A stretch of 64,000 nt of DNA, from assembly GCA_036267495.1 (NCBI GenBank), contig DATAVY010000146.1, positions 2,756 to 66,755 of the forward strand, read 5' to 3'. Position 1 is the stretch's first letter. Each line of letters opens with the position of its first letter. This stretch comes from Edaphobacter sp. (GTDB taxonomy: Bacteria; Acidobacteriota; Terriglobia; Terriglobales; Acidobacteriaceae). Below are positions 30,331 to 39,476 of this stretch, one piece after another. Position numbers and translations under genes: made by a program. The notes beneath the pieces were generated by a model, which was not told where the DNA came from, searched no databases, and saw only the letters and a list, made by a program, of their open reading frames with translations.

Positions 30331-32276
30331 GCGAGCAGAAAGCCCAACTCGTTCTCGAAGTCGCATCGCGCGAGTCTTCTGAGCGCCGTGCGGAGAATCT
30401 TACACGCGTGTGGGCCGAGCCGGCCGGCGTCTGGGGATGGTTCAAAGCGGTCCACCACACTACGATCGGAAAGCGGTACATCGTGACCGCCTTCGCTTTT
30501 TTCCTGGCGGCTGGGCTGCTCGCCGGGGCGATGCGCCTGCAGCTTGCCTTTCCCGAAGCACACATCATGAGTCCTGACATGTACAACCAGGTCTTCACCA
30601 TGCACGGCACGGTGATGATGTTCCTCTTCGCGGTGCCGATGATGTTTGAGGCATTGAGTGTCTACCTCGTGCCTCTGATGGTGGGAACACGGAATATTGC
30701 ATTTCCGCGGTTGAATGCCTTCAGCTATTACCTGTTTCTCTTTGGCGGCCTGACGCTATTCGCCTTCTTCTTTGTGAATTCAGGGCCGGACCGCGGCTGG
30801 TTCGCCTATGTTCCCCTCTCGGGCCCGGACTACACACCGGGCAAACGCGCCGACATGTGGGCGCAACTTATCACATTCACCGAAGTTTCGGCTCTCGCTG
30901 TTGCTGTCGAGGTCGTCGTAACCGTCTTCAAGCTCCGCGCGCCTGGAATGTCCCTGAATCGCATCCCGGTGTTTGTCTGGGGACAGGTTGTAACGGCGTT
31001 CATGGTCATCTTCGCCATGCCCGGCGTCGTGATCGCAAGCACCATGCTGCTCCTCGACCGGACAGCTTCGACGCAGTTCTACAATCCAGCTGTTGGTGGC
31101 GACGTGCTGCTCTATCAGCACCTCTTCTGGTGGTTCGGTCATCCTGAGGTCTACATCATCTTCATTCCGGGTACCGCGATTGTCTCTACGATCATTGCGA
31201 CCTTTTCGCGTCGGCATGTCTTCGGCTATATGGCATTGGTTTTGTCTCTGATTGCGACAGGCTTCATCGCCTTTGGACTATGGGTCCATCACATGTTCGC
31301 AACCGGTATCCCGCAGATGAGCGAGAGCTTCTTTACCGCCGCGAGCATGATGATTGCGATTCCTGCTGGAACACAGATCTTCTGCTGGATTGCGACCGTC
31401 GCCACGGGGAAAGTTGTCTTGCGGACTCCGATGCTTTGGGTGCTCGGCTTCTTCTTCGTCTTCATCCTCGGAGGCATGACAGGCATTTTCGTAGCCTCAG
31501 TTCCGGTGGACCTGCAAGTGCACGACACTTATTTTGTGGTCGCGCACTTCCACTATGTGCTGATCGGGGGCGCTGTCTTTCCGATGTTTGGGGCCTTCGC
31601 ATACTGGTTCCCCAAGATCACCGGACGGATGATGAGCGAGCGGCTCGGCGTATGGAGCTTCTGGCTCTTTACCATTGGCTTCAATATCACCTTCTTCCCA
31701 ATGCATATCCTCGGGCTTCGCGGGATGCCGCGACGCGTATACACCTATCCGGCAGGGGCCGGATGGACTGTACTGAACCAGATCGAATCGTGCGGGTATG
31801 TTCTGCTATTCCTCGGAGTGCTGGTCTTTCTCGTCAATGTCTGGCGAAGCCTCAGGACCGGGCCGATAGCATCGTCAAATCCATGGGGAGCAGGCGGGTT
31901 GGAATGGGCGGCCGATTCGCCGCCGAAGCCATACAACTTCCTCGATCTGCCAACGGTGAATGGACGAGAAGCGCTTTGGGACGCTGCACCCGACCAGCCG
32001 ATTGTCGCCGGCCTTCACGAAGATGTGCGCGAGATGCTGACAACGCGCCTGATGGACGCGGAACCGGAAGGACGCGATGAATTTCCCGAGCCGACCATCT
32101 GGCCTTTTGTGGCTGCGGTCGTCACCACGGCGTTGTTTATCGGAAGCATTTTTCGTCCCGTCGCCGTCTCGATCGGAGCGATACCGCTGGCCATCGCGCT
32201 CATTGGGTGGTTCTGGCCTACCCGTCAAGAAAGTGCCCGCAGAAGGGAGAGAGACATATGGCAGAAGAATTCGTAA
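30327..32276 (+). CDS. ctaD: Heme-copper oxidase subunit I (A-family-like, atypical proton channels)
   Basis: TMHG, GHPEVY, WVHHMF, VAHFHYV, GMPRR. Confidence 0.93.
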   Translation: MSEQKAQLVLEVASRESSERRAENLTRVWAEPAGVWGWFKAVHHTTIGKRYIVTAFAFFLAAGLLAGAMRLQLAFPEAHIMSPDMYNQVFTMHGTVMMFLFAVPMMFEALSVYLVPLMVGTRNIAFPRLNAFSYYLFLFGGLTLFAFFFVNSGPDRGWFAYVPLSGPDYTPGKRADMWAQLITFTEVSALAVAVEVVVTVFKLRAPGMSLNRIPVFVWGQVVTAFMVIFAMPGVVIASTMLLLDRTASTQFYNPAVGGDVLLYQHLFWWFGHPEVYIIFIPGTAIVSTIIATFSRRHVFGYMALVLSLIATGFIAFGLWVHHMFATGIPQMSESFFTAASMMIAIPAGTQIFCWIATVATGKVVLRTPMLWVLGFFFVFILGGMTGIFVASVPVDLQVHDTYFVVAHFHYVLIGGAVFPMFGAFAYWFPKITGRMMSERLGVWSFWLFTIGFNITFFPMHILGLRGMPRRVYTYPAGAGWTVLNQIESCGYVLLFLGVLVFLVNVWRSLRTGPIASSNPWGAGGLEWAADSPPKPYNFLDLPTVNGREALWDAAPDQPIVAGLHEDVREMLTTRLMDAEPEGRDEFPEPTIWPFVAAVVTTALFIGSIFRPVAVSIGAIPLAIALIGWFWPTRQESARRRERDIWQKNS

Positions 32277-32881
32277 AGCCGCGTCGCGTTCTCGATGTCT
32301 CCGCCCTCCCCGACGTCACCTTTGCCTCGCGCAGCATCACCTGGTGGGGCACTCTCGGCATGATGGTAATCGAGGCTGGAGTCTTTGCGCTCGCCCTGGC
32401 TTCGTACCTCTACCTGCATTCGCGCTCGGCGACATGGCCTCCGGGTGTGTTGCCGCCCGACCTGCTCTGGGGAACCATCAACACGGCGATCTTTGTTCTC
32501 AGCATGATTCCTACCGAGTGGTATCGCCGCCGCGCCCGGCAGGGTGATACCTCCTCAGTACAGATTGGCCTTGTGCTGGCGTGCATCATCGGTGTCGCGA
32601 CACTGCTGGTCCGCTACAAAGAGATGACCCACCTCAACACCGATTGGACTCAAAGCGCTTACGGCTCGATCGTGTGGCTCATCATGGGACTCCATATCAC
32701 GCACCTCCTCACCGACTGGGTGGAGAGCGTGGTCCTGACCGTTCTCTTTTTTTCGCCGCATATCGAAGGGAAACGTTTCGTGGATGCCGAAGAGAATGCC
32801 AGCTATTGGTACTTCGTGGTTATCACGTGGATACCCATCTATTTCATCATTTACTGGGCGCCACGCTGGCTGAGGAGTTGA
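32258..32881 (+). CDS. Cytochrome c oxidase subunit III (short form)
   Basis: Five TMs, AYGS, GLHITH, YWYFV..W; GGGAGA RBS. Confidence 0.88.
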   Translation: MAEEFVKPRRVLDVSALPDVTFASRSITWWGTLGMMVIEAGVFALALASYLYLHSRSATWPPGVLPPDLLWGTINTAIFVLSMIPTEWYRRRARQGDTSSVQIGLVLACIIGVATLLVRYKEMTHLNTDWTQSAYGSIVWLIMGLHITHLLTDWVESVVLTVLFFSPHIEGKRFVDAEENASYWYFVVITWIPIYFIIYWAPRWLRS

Positions 32882-32885
32882 ATCG

Positions 32886-33269
32886 ATGCCGACCCCTGTG
32901 AGCATCTTTCCAAGCGATGAGAACGAAGGTATCAACTTTCGTCTGTGGCTGGGAGTTCTCTTGCCTCCCCTGGCTGGCGGCGCGAACACGCTGGTCGGAT
33001 ATATGGTGAGCAACTACGACTGCAATGTCCACAATCGCCATCTCGTTCTGCTCACCAATGCCCTTAGTGCTTTGCTCTGTCTGGCCGCCGGCCTGGCGTC
33101 GTTCTCGACGCGACGCAAGATCGAAGATCGCGCCGATGATGCCTCCGAGTCTCTCCTGCACACGCGTCGCTTCATGATGCGCCTGGGACTCTGGTTTATG
33201 GCTGGTTTTCTTTTGTTGATCTGTGCCGGGACGATTTCAACCTTTCTCCTGCATCCCTGTGATCTGTGA
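32886..33269 (+). CDS. Three-TM hypothetical protein in the oxidase operon
   Basis: Hydrophobic segments, Cys in YDC and C-terminal HPC; tightly coupled to neighbours. Confidence 0.7.
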   Translation: MPTPVSIFPSDENEGINFRLWLGVLLPPLAGGANTLVGYMVSNYDCNVHNRHLVLLTNALSALLCLAAGLASFSTRRKIEDRADDASESLLHTRRFMMRLGLWFMAGFLLLICAGTISTFLLHPCDL

Positions 33270-33272
33270 CAT

Positions 33273-34199
33273 ATGAACGCGCTCTGCCATCTCGCTCTCG
33301 TCGCCGTGCCGCCTATTCTGCGGGATGAAGAAGGGCCTTTGCCAACACCGGCCACGCTTTGGCGCTCGTCGAACTGGTCATGGGAGTTGACCATCACAAT
33401 TCCCTTACTCCTTCTCTTCCTCTGGTACGCAGCGGGGGCCATCCGCCGTGGCAACTGTGCCGGACTGGTGAGACGTCATCTTGCGTTCGCCGCGGGATGG
33501 ATCTTCCTCACCCTCGCACTTGTTTCGCCACTTCATCGGTTAGGAGATGTGCTCTTCAGCGCACATATGCTTCAACACGAAGTTCTCCTGTTGATCGCAG
33601 CTCCCCTCTTTGCTGCCGCCCATCCCGGGGTGACGTTTCTATACGCGCTTCCGAGATCCTTTCGTCAACCATTTGGGGCTTCTGTGGTCAGACTTGAGAA
33701 GATGCCGCCCTTTTGTTTGCTCCTTGCGCCGGTGGGAGCGTTCTTATTGCATGCCGCGGCCCTCTGGCTGTGGCACATCCCGTATCTCTATCAGGCGACG
33801 CTCGACTCCGATCTTGTCCATGCCGCCCAGCATCTGAGTTTTTTTGTTTCGGGTGTTATCTTCTGGTCTGCCCTCTATGGCGCCGGGCGCTCCACCATGA
33901 GTTATGGCGGCGGCGTGGTCTACGTCTTCGGGACCGCGGCGCACTGCAGCGCGCTCGGGGCTCTGCTGACCTTTTCCACGATGCTCTGGTATCCCGTTTA
34001 TGCAGACAGAACAGCGCTGTGGCAGCTCACGCCGTTGCAGGATCAGCAACTCGGCGGTCTGCTGATGTGGGTTCCTTCCGGCATCGTCTTCATCTTTATC
34101 GGCGTCTGGTTGTTCGCCCGGTGGCTCACCACATCCGACCAGCGAGTGAAGCACAGCACCCTGGGGAGCTATGTTCTTGAGGAAAAGGAGAACGCATGA
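33273..34199 (+). CDS. ctaG: caa3-type oxidase assembly factor CtaG
   Basis: LFSAHMLQH, WLWHIP, QHLSF, DQQLGGLLMWVP. Confidence 0.9.
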   Translation: MNALCHLALVAVPPILRDEEGPLPTPATLWRSSNWSWELTITIPLLLLFLWYAAGAIRRGNCAGLVRRHLAFAAGWIFLTLALVSPLHRLGDVLFSAHMLQHEVLLLIAAPLFAAAHPGVTFLYALPRSFRQPFGASVVRLEKMPPFCLLLAPVGAFLLHAAALWLWHIPYLYQATLDSDLVHAAQHLSFFVSGVIFWSALYGAGRSTMSYGGGVVYVFGTAAHCSALGALLTFSTMLWYPVYADRTALWQLTPLQDQQLGGLLMWVPSGIVFIFIGVWLFARWLTTSDQRVKHSTLGSYVLEEKENA

Positions 34200-34543
34200 G
34201 GCGTACGATGCCACTCCTGGTTCTCCTTCTGGGAGCGCTCGGCTGCACGCGCACACCGCACGATGACGCCGCCAAACGCGGGCGCGATCACATGCAGTAT
34301 TACGGATGCGTGTCCTGCCATACCATACCCGGCGTGCCCGGCGCCCATGCCACGGTCGGGCCCCCTCTGGACCGGATAGGGATTCAAACTTACATCGCTG
34401 GCACGCTTCCCAACACGCCAGAACATCTGTCGCTTTGGATTCAACATCCACAACAGATTCATCCCGGCACGGCGATGCCTGAACTGGGAGTGACGCCGAA
34501 AGATGCGGACGATATGGCGCGGTATCTCGGCGAATTACATTGA
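34196..34543 (+). CDS. Monoheme cytochrome c lipoprotein
   Basis: Lipobox ALG-C, CVSCH, VGPPL, PGTAMP. Confidence 0.88.
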   Translation: MRRTMPLLVLLLGALGCTRTPHDDAAKRGRDHMQYYGCVSCHTIPGVPGAHATVGPPLDRIGIQTYIAGTLPNTPEHLSLWIQHPQQIHPGTAMPELGVTPKDADDMARYLGELH

Positions 34544-34667
34544 GCGCATGCAATACCTCTCTGAATCTTGCAGGCAACGCGCGAAGCGGTGACCGCCTCC
34601 ATCACTACACAGGGTGGATTCGGCGTCCTCCTGTTGCACGTTTCACGTGAATACAGGAGACATCTAT

Positions 34668-35675
34668 ATGAGTTCCGAGCAGAATTCCCTATCCCGCCGC
34701 ACTCTCGTGACCCGGCTGGGAGCGGGCATCACGGGCGCAGCTCTTACGCGGGCAGTTCCCATGGAGGGTCAAGCATCGGGGAACGCGACGGCAGCGCCAT
34801 TCGTGGACCCTACAACGAAATATCCGAAGCCTCCCTATCCCGGTCAATCACAGCCTTGGCCCGGGCTTGCCAGCAAGATGAATCCTCGGCCCGACCATGG
34901 AGAGACCAGCTATAAGGGCTCAGGCCGCCTCGCCGGGCGCAAGGCACTGATCACCGGCGGCGACTCGGGCATGGGCCGTGCAGCAGCGATTGCCTATGCT
35001 CGGGAGGGCGCTGATGTCGCGATCAGTTACTATCCCACCGAAGAGCCGGACGCGCGCGAGGTGATCGAACTCATCAAAGCAGAAGGCCGCAAAGCCATCC
35101 CGCTGCCGGGCGATCTGCGTCAGGAGAGCTATTGCAAGGAACTCGTCACCAAAGCTCTTGCCGGGTTAGGCGGTCTGGATGTAGTCGTCTCAAATGCCGG
35201 CCGTCAGCAACAGTGTGAAGATCTGCTGCAGCTCACGACTGAGGCCTTCGATGCAACGATGAAGACCAATATCTATGCCCCATTCTGGATCATCAAGACT
35301 GCCTTGCCACATCTGAAGCCGGGGTCCTGCATCATCGCCACCACCTCCGAACAAGCTTACGATCCCGCAGCCAACCTGTACGACTATGCGCAAACCAAGG
35401 CTGCGACGATGAACTTTGTGAAATCCCTGGCCAAGCAGTTCGGCCCCAAAGGCATCCGCGTGAACGGCGTGGCTCCGGGTCCGATCTGGAGTCCGCTACA
35501 GGTCTCCGGAGGCGCGACCCAGGACCATTTGATCCACTTCGGTGAAACGTATCCGCTTCGCCGGGCTGGCCAGCCAGCGGAACTCGCCAGCATTTATGTC
35601 CAGCTCGCAGCCAACGACGCGAGCTATACGACCGGCAATATTTACGGTGCGGGCGGAGGCGCCGGACAGCCCTAG
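34668..35675 (+). CDS. YghA-like SDR oxidoreductase with twin-arginine signal
   Basis: AGGAGA RBS; SRRTLV plus hydrophobic region; PDHGETSYKGSGRL, TGGDSGMG, YAQTK. Confidence 0.88.
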   Translation: MSSEQNSLSRRTLVTRLGAGITGAALTRAVPMEGQASGNATAAPFVDPTTKYPKPPYPGQSQPWPGLASKMNPRPDHGETSYKGSGRLAGRKALITGGDSGMGRAAAIAYAREGADVAISYYPTEEPDAREVIELIKAEGRKAIPLPGDLRQESYCKELVTKALAGLGGLDVVVSNAGRQQQCEDLLQLTTEAFDATMKTNIYAPFWIIKTALPHLKPGSCIIATTSEQAYDPAANLYDYAQTKAATMNFVKSLAKQFGPKGIRVNGVAPGPIWSPLQVSGGATQDHLIHFGETYPLRRAGQPAELASIYVQLAANDASYTTGNIYGAGGGAGQP

Positions 35676-35695
35676 AAATAAATCAAAGGTGAACC

Positions 35696-36577
35696 ATGCC
35701 AAGCAATCCTGATCCTCGAGAAGTTGGTCCCAAACCGCCGTTCCCGGAACAATCGCAACACCATCCGGGCAGTGTGCACGAATTGCGCCCTCAAGCCGAC
35801 CATGGCGAAAAGAGCTATCAAGGAGCCGGCAGGCTCGAAGGCCGAATAGCCATCATCACCGGCGCGGACAGTGGAATTGGCCGCGCCGTGGCAATTGCAT
35901 TCGCTAAAGAAGGCGCGAACATCGTTATGTCCTATCTTCCTGAGGAGGAACCGGACGCTGCGGATGTAGTCACAGCTATCAAAAATTGCGGGAGGAAGGC
36001 TATACCGTTTCCTGGAGATATTGGCTCTCCGGGTTATGCACGGGAGTTGGTCGATGTCGCCATGAAGGAATTCGGCAGTGTCGATATCGTGGTCAACAAT
36101 GCCGGGTTTCAGATGACTCATCAAAAGATAGAAGAGATATCTGAAGAAGAGTTCGAGCATACCTTCCGCACGAATGTCTTCGGCACATTCTTTTTGACCA
36201 AGGCAGCTTTGACAAAGATGCGGCCGGGCGGTGCAATCATCAATACTGCTTCAATCCAAGTCTATGAACCAAGCAAGGAATTAATCGCATATGCCGCCAC
36301 GAAGGCTGCCATCGCGAATATGACCAAGAGCCTGGCGAAGTTGGCGGCAGACGCGGGAATACGGGTGAATGCAGTTGCACCAGGGCCAGTATGGACGCCT
36401 CTGATCCCATCCACCATGCCACAGGAAAAGGTGAAAACCTTCGGTCAAAATTCGCTTTTTGGCCGGCCCGCCCAGCCAATCGAGATGGCGAAGGTCTTCG
36501 TTTTTCTTGCTTCCGCGGATGCAAGCTATGTCTCGGGCGAGATCTTCTCTGCCACCGGCGGCAGGACGCCGCTTTAG
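35696..36577 (+). CDS. YghA/YdaD-like SDR oxidoreductase (cytoplasmic)
   Basis: DHGEKSYQGAGRL, TGADSGIG, NNAG, YAATK, PGPVWTPLIP. Confidence 0.9.
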   Translation: MPSNPDPREVGPKPPFPEQSQHHPGSVHELRPQADHGEKSYQGAGRLEGRIAIITGADSGIGRAVAIAFAKEGANIVMSYLPEEEPDAADVVTAIKNCGRKAIPFPGDIGSPGYARELVDVAMKEFGSVDIVVNNAGFQMTHQKIEEISEEEFEHTFRTNVFGTFFLTKAALTKMRPGGAIINTASIQVYEPSKELIAYAATKAAIANMTKSLAKLAADAGIRVNAVAPGPVWTPLIPSTMPQEKVKTFGQNSLFGRPAQPIEMAKVFVFLASADASYVSGEIFSATGGRTPL

Positions 36578-37185
36578 GTCGCATCACAACGCGATTTTCT
36601 CTTGATCGCGCTCAGGTTGAGATCCTGTGAACGGGTCGTTGTCGCGTTTGCCATGGTTTGAAGATGCCGAATTGCCTTGCGATGCTCTTCTATAGTTCGC
36701 GCCGCCGAACAATCGGACGGCACAAATACCTGCAGGTCGCGCATGTTCGCATCATGAGCTGTGCAGGTTATGCAACTGTTTGTTGCCAGACCGGCGAGAA
36801 TGATTGTGTGGGTACCAAGATGCCGCAGCAGCACTTCCAGGGGCGTTTGATAAAAGGCGGAGTGCATGGGCTTCAACACGAAGTAATCTTCTTCGTCAGG
36901 CCCAAGCTGGCTTACGAATTTTGCGGATGCCGCCTCCGATCGAAGGCAATATGCCAGAAGAACCGAGCGCTCCGCTCGCCAATCTCCGAAATTGTCATTG
37001 ACGTATATCACGGGAATGCCGGCCCTGCGCGCACGCCTTTTCAGGCGAGCAATGGCCGGCGCTATTTTGTAAGCCTGGCGCAAGGTACGGACGCCGTCAG
37101 GAAACTCGAAGTGATTGATCACATCGATCAGCAAGAGCGCCACAGGGGCATCGACTTTTTGAAGGCTTGTCTTCGAATATTCCAT
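36574..37185 (-). CDS. Cysteine hydrolase (isochorismatase family)
   Basis: ALLLIDVIN, LKPMHSAF, GLATNSC give the Asp-Lys-Cys triad. Confidence 0.88.
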   Translation of the reverse strand: MEYSKTSLQKVDAPVALLLIDVINHFEFPDGVRTLRQAYKIAPAIARLKRRARRAGIPVIYVNDNFGDWRAERSVLLAYCLRSEAASAKFVSQLGPDEEDYFVLKPMHSAFYQTPLEVLLRHLGTHTIILAGLATNSCITCTAHDANMRDLQVFVPSDCSAARTIEEHRKAIRHLQTMANATTTRSQDLNLSAIKRKSRCDAT

Positions 37186-37405
37186 GTGTATGTTCAGATG
37201 CAGTGTTCTTTTCGTGCGACGGCAAGAAATCGAACGTTAGCTCCAATCCTGGTTTAAATTTCGCATTCCTTGAGGGTTTCGTCAGATTTCGCTGATCAGA
37301 TTCACGGATTAGTAAACGTAGCGCCGTCGTTGAATCGCGCACAAGATAAGGATAAAAAGTACCTGTTTGTCGAGTGGAGGCAGGCGCGACAGTCTTCGGC
37401 GGCAG

Positions 37406-39421
37406 TCAGTCGACGCTGAGTGGCTCAAGCGGTGATGTCGAATCGCTACCTGTGCCAATCTCCTGATCGCGATATTGCAGCTGGTAGAGCTTCCAATAGA
37501 GGCCGCGCTGGGTGAGCAGCTCCTGGTGGGTGCCGCGTTCGCGAAGCTGGCCCTTGTGCATGACGAGGATGGTGTCGGCGCGCTGGATGGTGGAGAGCCG
37601 GTGCGCAATGAGGATGGAGGTGCGTCCGGTGATCATGCGGGAGAGTGCGAGGCGGACGCGGAGCTCGGTGTCAGTGTCGACGGAAGAGGTGGCTTCGTCG
37701 AGGATGAGGATGCCAGGGTCGTGGGCGAGCGCTCGAGCAAAGCTGATGAGCTGCTTCTGGCCGGTGGAGAGGGTCGCGCCGCGTTCTAGTACGGGCTCGG
37801 CGAATTTAAGCGGCAGGGTGCGGATGAAGTCGCCGACGTTGACTTCGTCGCAGGCGCGTTCGAGACGTTCGTTGGTGATCCATGTCGATCCGAGGCGAAC
37901 GTTGTCGGCGATGGTGCCAGTGAAGAGAAAGGGATCTTGCAGGACGACGCCGAAGCGCTGGCGAAGCTTTGTCACATCCTGTTCGCGTACGTCGGCGCCA
38001 TCGACCAAAATGCTGCCGCGCTGAATGTCGTAAAAGCGCATCATCAGGCTGGTGATGGTGGTCTTTCCGGCGCCGGTGTGGCCGACGATGGCTGCCGTTT
38101 CGTCGGGTTCGACGACGAAGCTGACGCCATTGAGGATCCATTCGATGTCAGCGAAGGTGCGAAGGTCTTCGTCGGTTGCCGTGGCAATGCGCTTGAGTTG
38201 TGCTTCGTCTAGTTTTTGATAGGTAAACCAGACGTTGCGGAACTCGACGCGTCCGGATTTGTCGCCTGCGATGGGATGGGCGGGAGAGACGATGGTCGGT
38301 TCGGTGTCGAGGAGTTTGAAGACGCGTTCGCTGGCCGCCATCGCAGCCTGCAGGATGTTGTATTTGTCGCTGAGGTCCTGGATGGGGCGGAAAAAGCGCT
38401 GCGCGTATTGGATGAAGGCGATCAGAATACCAAGTGTGACCGAAGCGAAGATCGAGTGGCGAAGACCATTGGCATAGCCGGCGTTGCGGAGAACGGCTTC
38501 GCCGCCAAACCAGATGACCAGCGCAATGGCGGCGGAACTGAGGAATTCGACGATGGGGTAATAGAGCGCGTAGGCGAAGATAGCGTCGGTCCAGGCGAGT
38601 TTATTTTCAGCGTTGACGGCGGAGTAGTCGTTGAAGGCGCGGCGCTCGCGGTTGAAGAGCTGCACGACGGACATGCCGGAGACGTACTCCTGCGTGAAGG
38701 AGTTGATGCGGGCGGTGGCGTGGCGCTGGCGGCGGTAACTGTCGCGGACATGGCGGCGGAAGATTCGCGTGACGTAGAGAATGATCGGGATGACCGAGAT
38801 GGCGAGCAATGCCAGGGGCCAGCTCATCCGCAGCATGATGATGACGATGAAGGCGAGGACAAAGACGTCCTCGAAGATGGCGAGCACGCCCGAGGTGAAC
38901 ATCTCGTTGAGGGCATCGACGTCGGAGGTGACACGCGTGACCAGCCTGCCAACGGGGTTGTGGTCGAAGAAGGCCGGCGACATGCGTTGCAGGTGGCGGA
39001 AGATCTGGCTGCGCAAGTCGAACATGATCTTCTGCCCGGTCCACTGCATGGTGTAGGTCTGGAGGAACTCCAGCAGGTAGGTGACGAGCAGCGCGCCAAG
39101 GTAGAGAAGGCCGATCTGCGTAATGCCGGTCATGGGTTGTCTGCTGAGATGACGGGGCAACCATGAGAGATGTGCCGGAGGCTTGCCCGACATATAAACG
39201 TCGACGGCGATACTGACAAGAAACGGCCCCATGACATCGCTGCCGGCCTTGAAGATGATGGAGAATGCCGCGAGGATCACCTGGATTTTGTATGGGCGAA
39301 GATACGTCATCAGACGACGCATCAGGTGCCGGTCGTAGACCTTGCCGACGACATCATCGTCCTGCGCGATTTTTTTCGCGGGCTCCTGCTTCGGATCTTT
39401 CGGTTTTCGGTCGTCTACCAT
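37406..39421 (-). CDS. ABC exporter, fused permease/ATPase (MdlB-like half transporter)
   Basis: TM domain, GHTGAGKT, LSTGQKQ, ILDEATS, IAHRLST. Confidence 0.93.
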   Translation of the reverse strand: MVDDRKPKDPKQEPAKKIAQDDDVVGKVYDRHLMRRLMTYLRPYKIQVILAAFSIIFKAGSDVMGPFLVSIAVDVYMSGKPPAHLSWLPRHLSRQPMTGITQIGLLYLGALLVTYLLEFLQTYTMQWTGQKIMFDLRSQIFRHLQRMSPAFFDHNPVGRLVTRVTSDVDALNEMFTSGVLAIFEDVFVLAFIVIIMLRMSWPLALLAISVIPIILYVTRIFRRHVRDSYRRQRHATARINSFTQEYVSGMSVVQLFNRERRAFNDYSAVNAENKLAWTDAIFAYALYYPIVEFLSSAAIALVIWFGGEAVLRNAGYANGLRHSIFASVTLGILIAFIQYAQRFFRPIQDLSDKYNILQAAMAASERVFKLLDTEPTIVSPAHPIAGDKSGRVEFRNVWFTYQKLDEAQLKRIATATDEDLRTFADIEWILNGVSFVVEPDETAAIVGHTGAGKTTITSLMMRFYDIQRGSILVDGADVREQDVTKLRQRFGVVLQDPFLFTGTIADNVRLGSTWITNERLERACDEVNVGDFIRTLPLKFAEPVLERGATLSTGQKQLISFARALAHDPGILILDEATSSVDTDTELRVRLALSRMITGRTSILIAHRLSTIQRADTILVMHKGQLRERGTHQELLTQRGLYWKLYQLQYRDQEIGTGSDSTSPLEPLSVD

Positions 39422-39476
39422 GCGCCAATCCATTTTAGATGTTTATGGCAGGCGTTGGATTCCGAATGCCAAGGTG

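Noticed and set aside
34880-34897. GAATCCTCGGCCCGACCA as the missing 3' half of the truncated tRNA
   Set aside because: It encodes the conserved MNPRPDH of the SDR and lacks a T arm; coincidental.
7961-37400. Calling the accessory block a mobile element
   Set aside because: No integrase, transposase or distal att duplicate was found; only composition and tRNA adjacency hint at acquisition.
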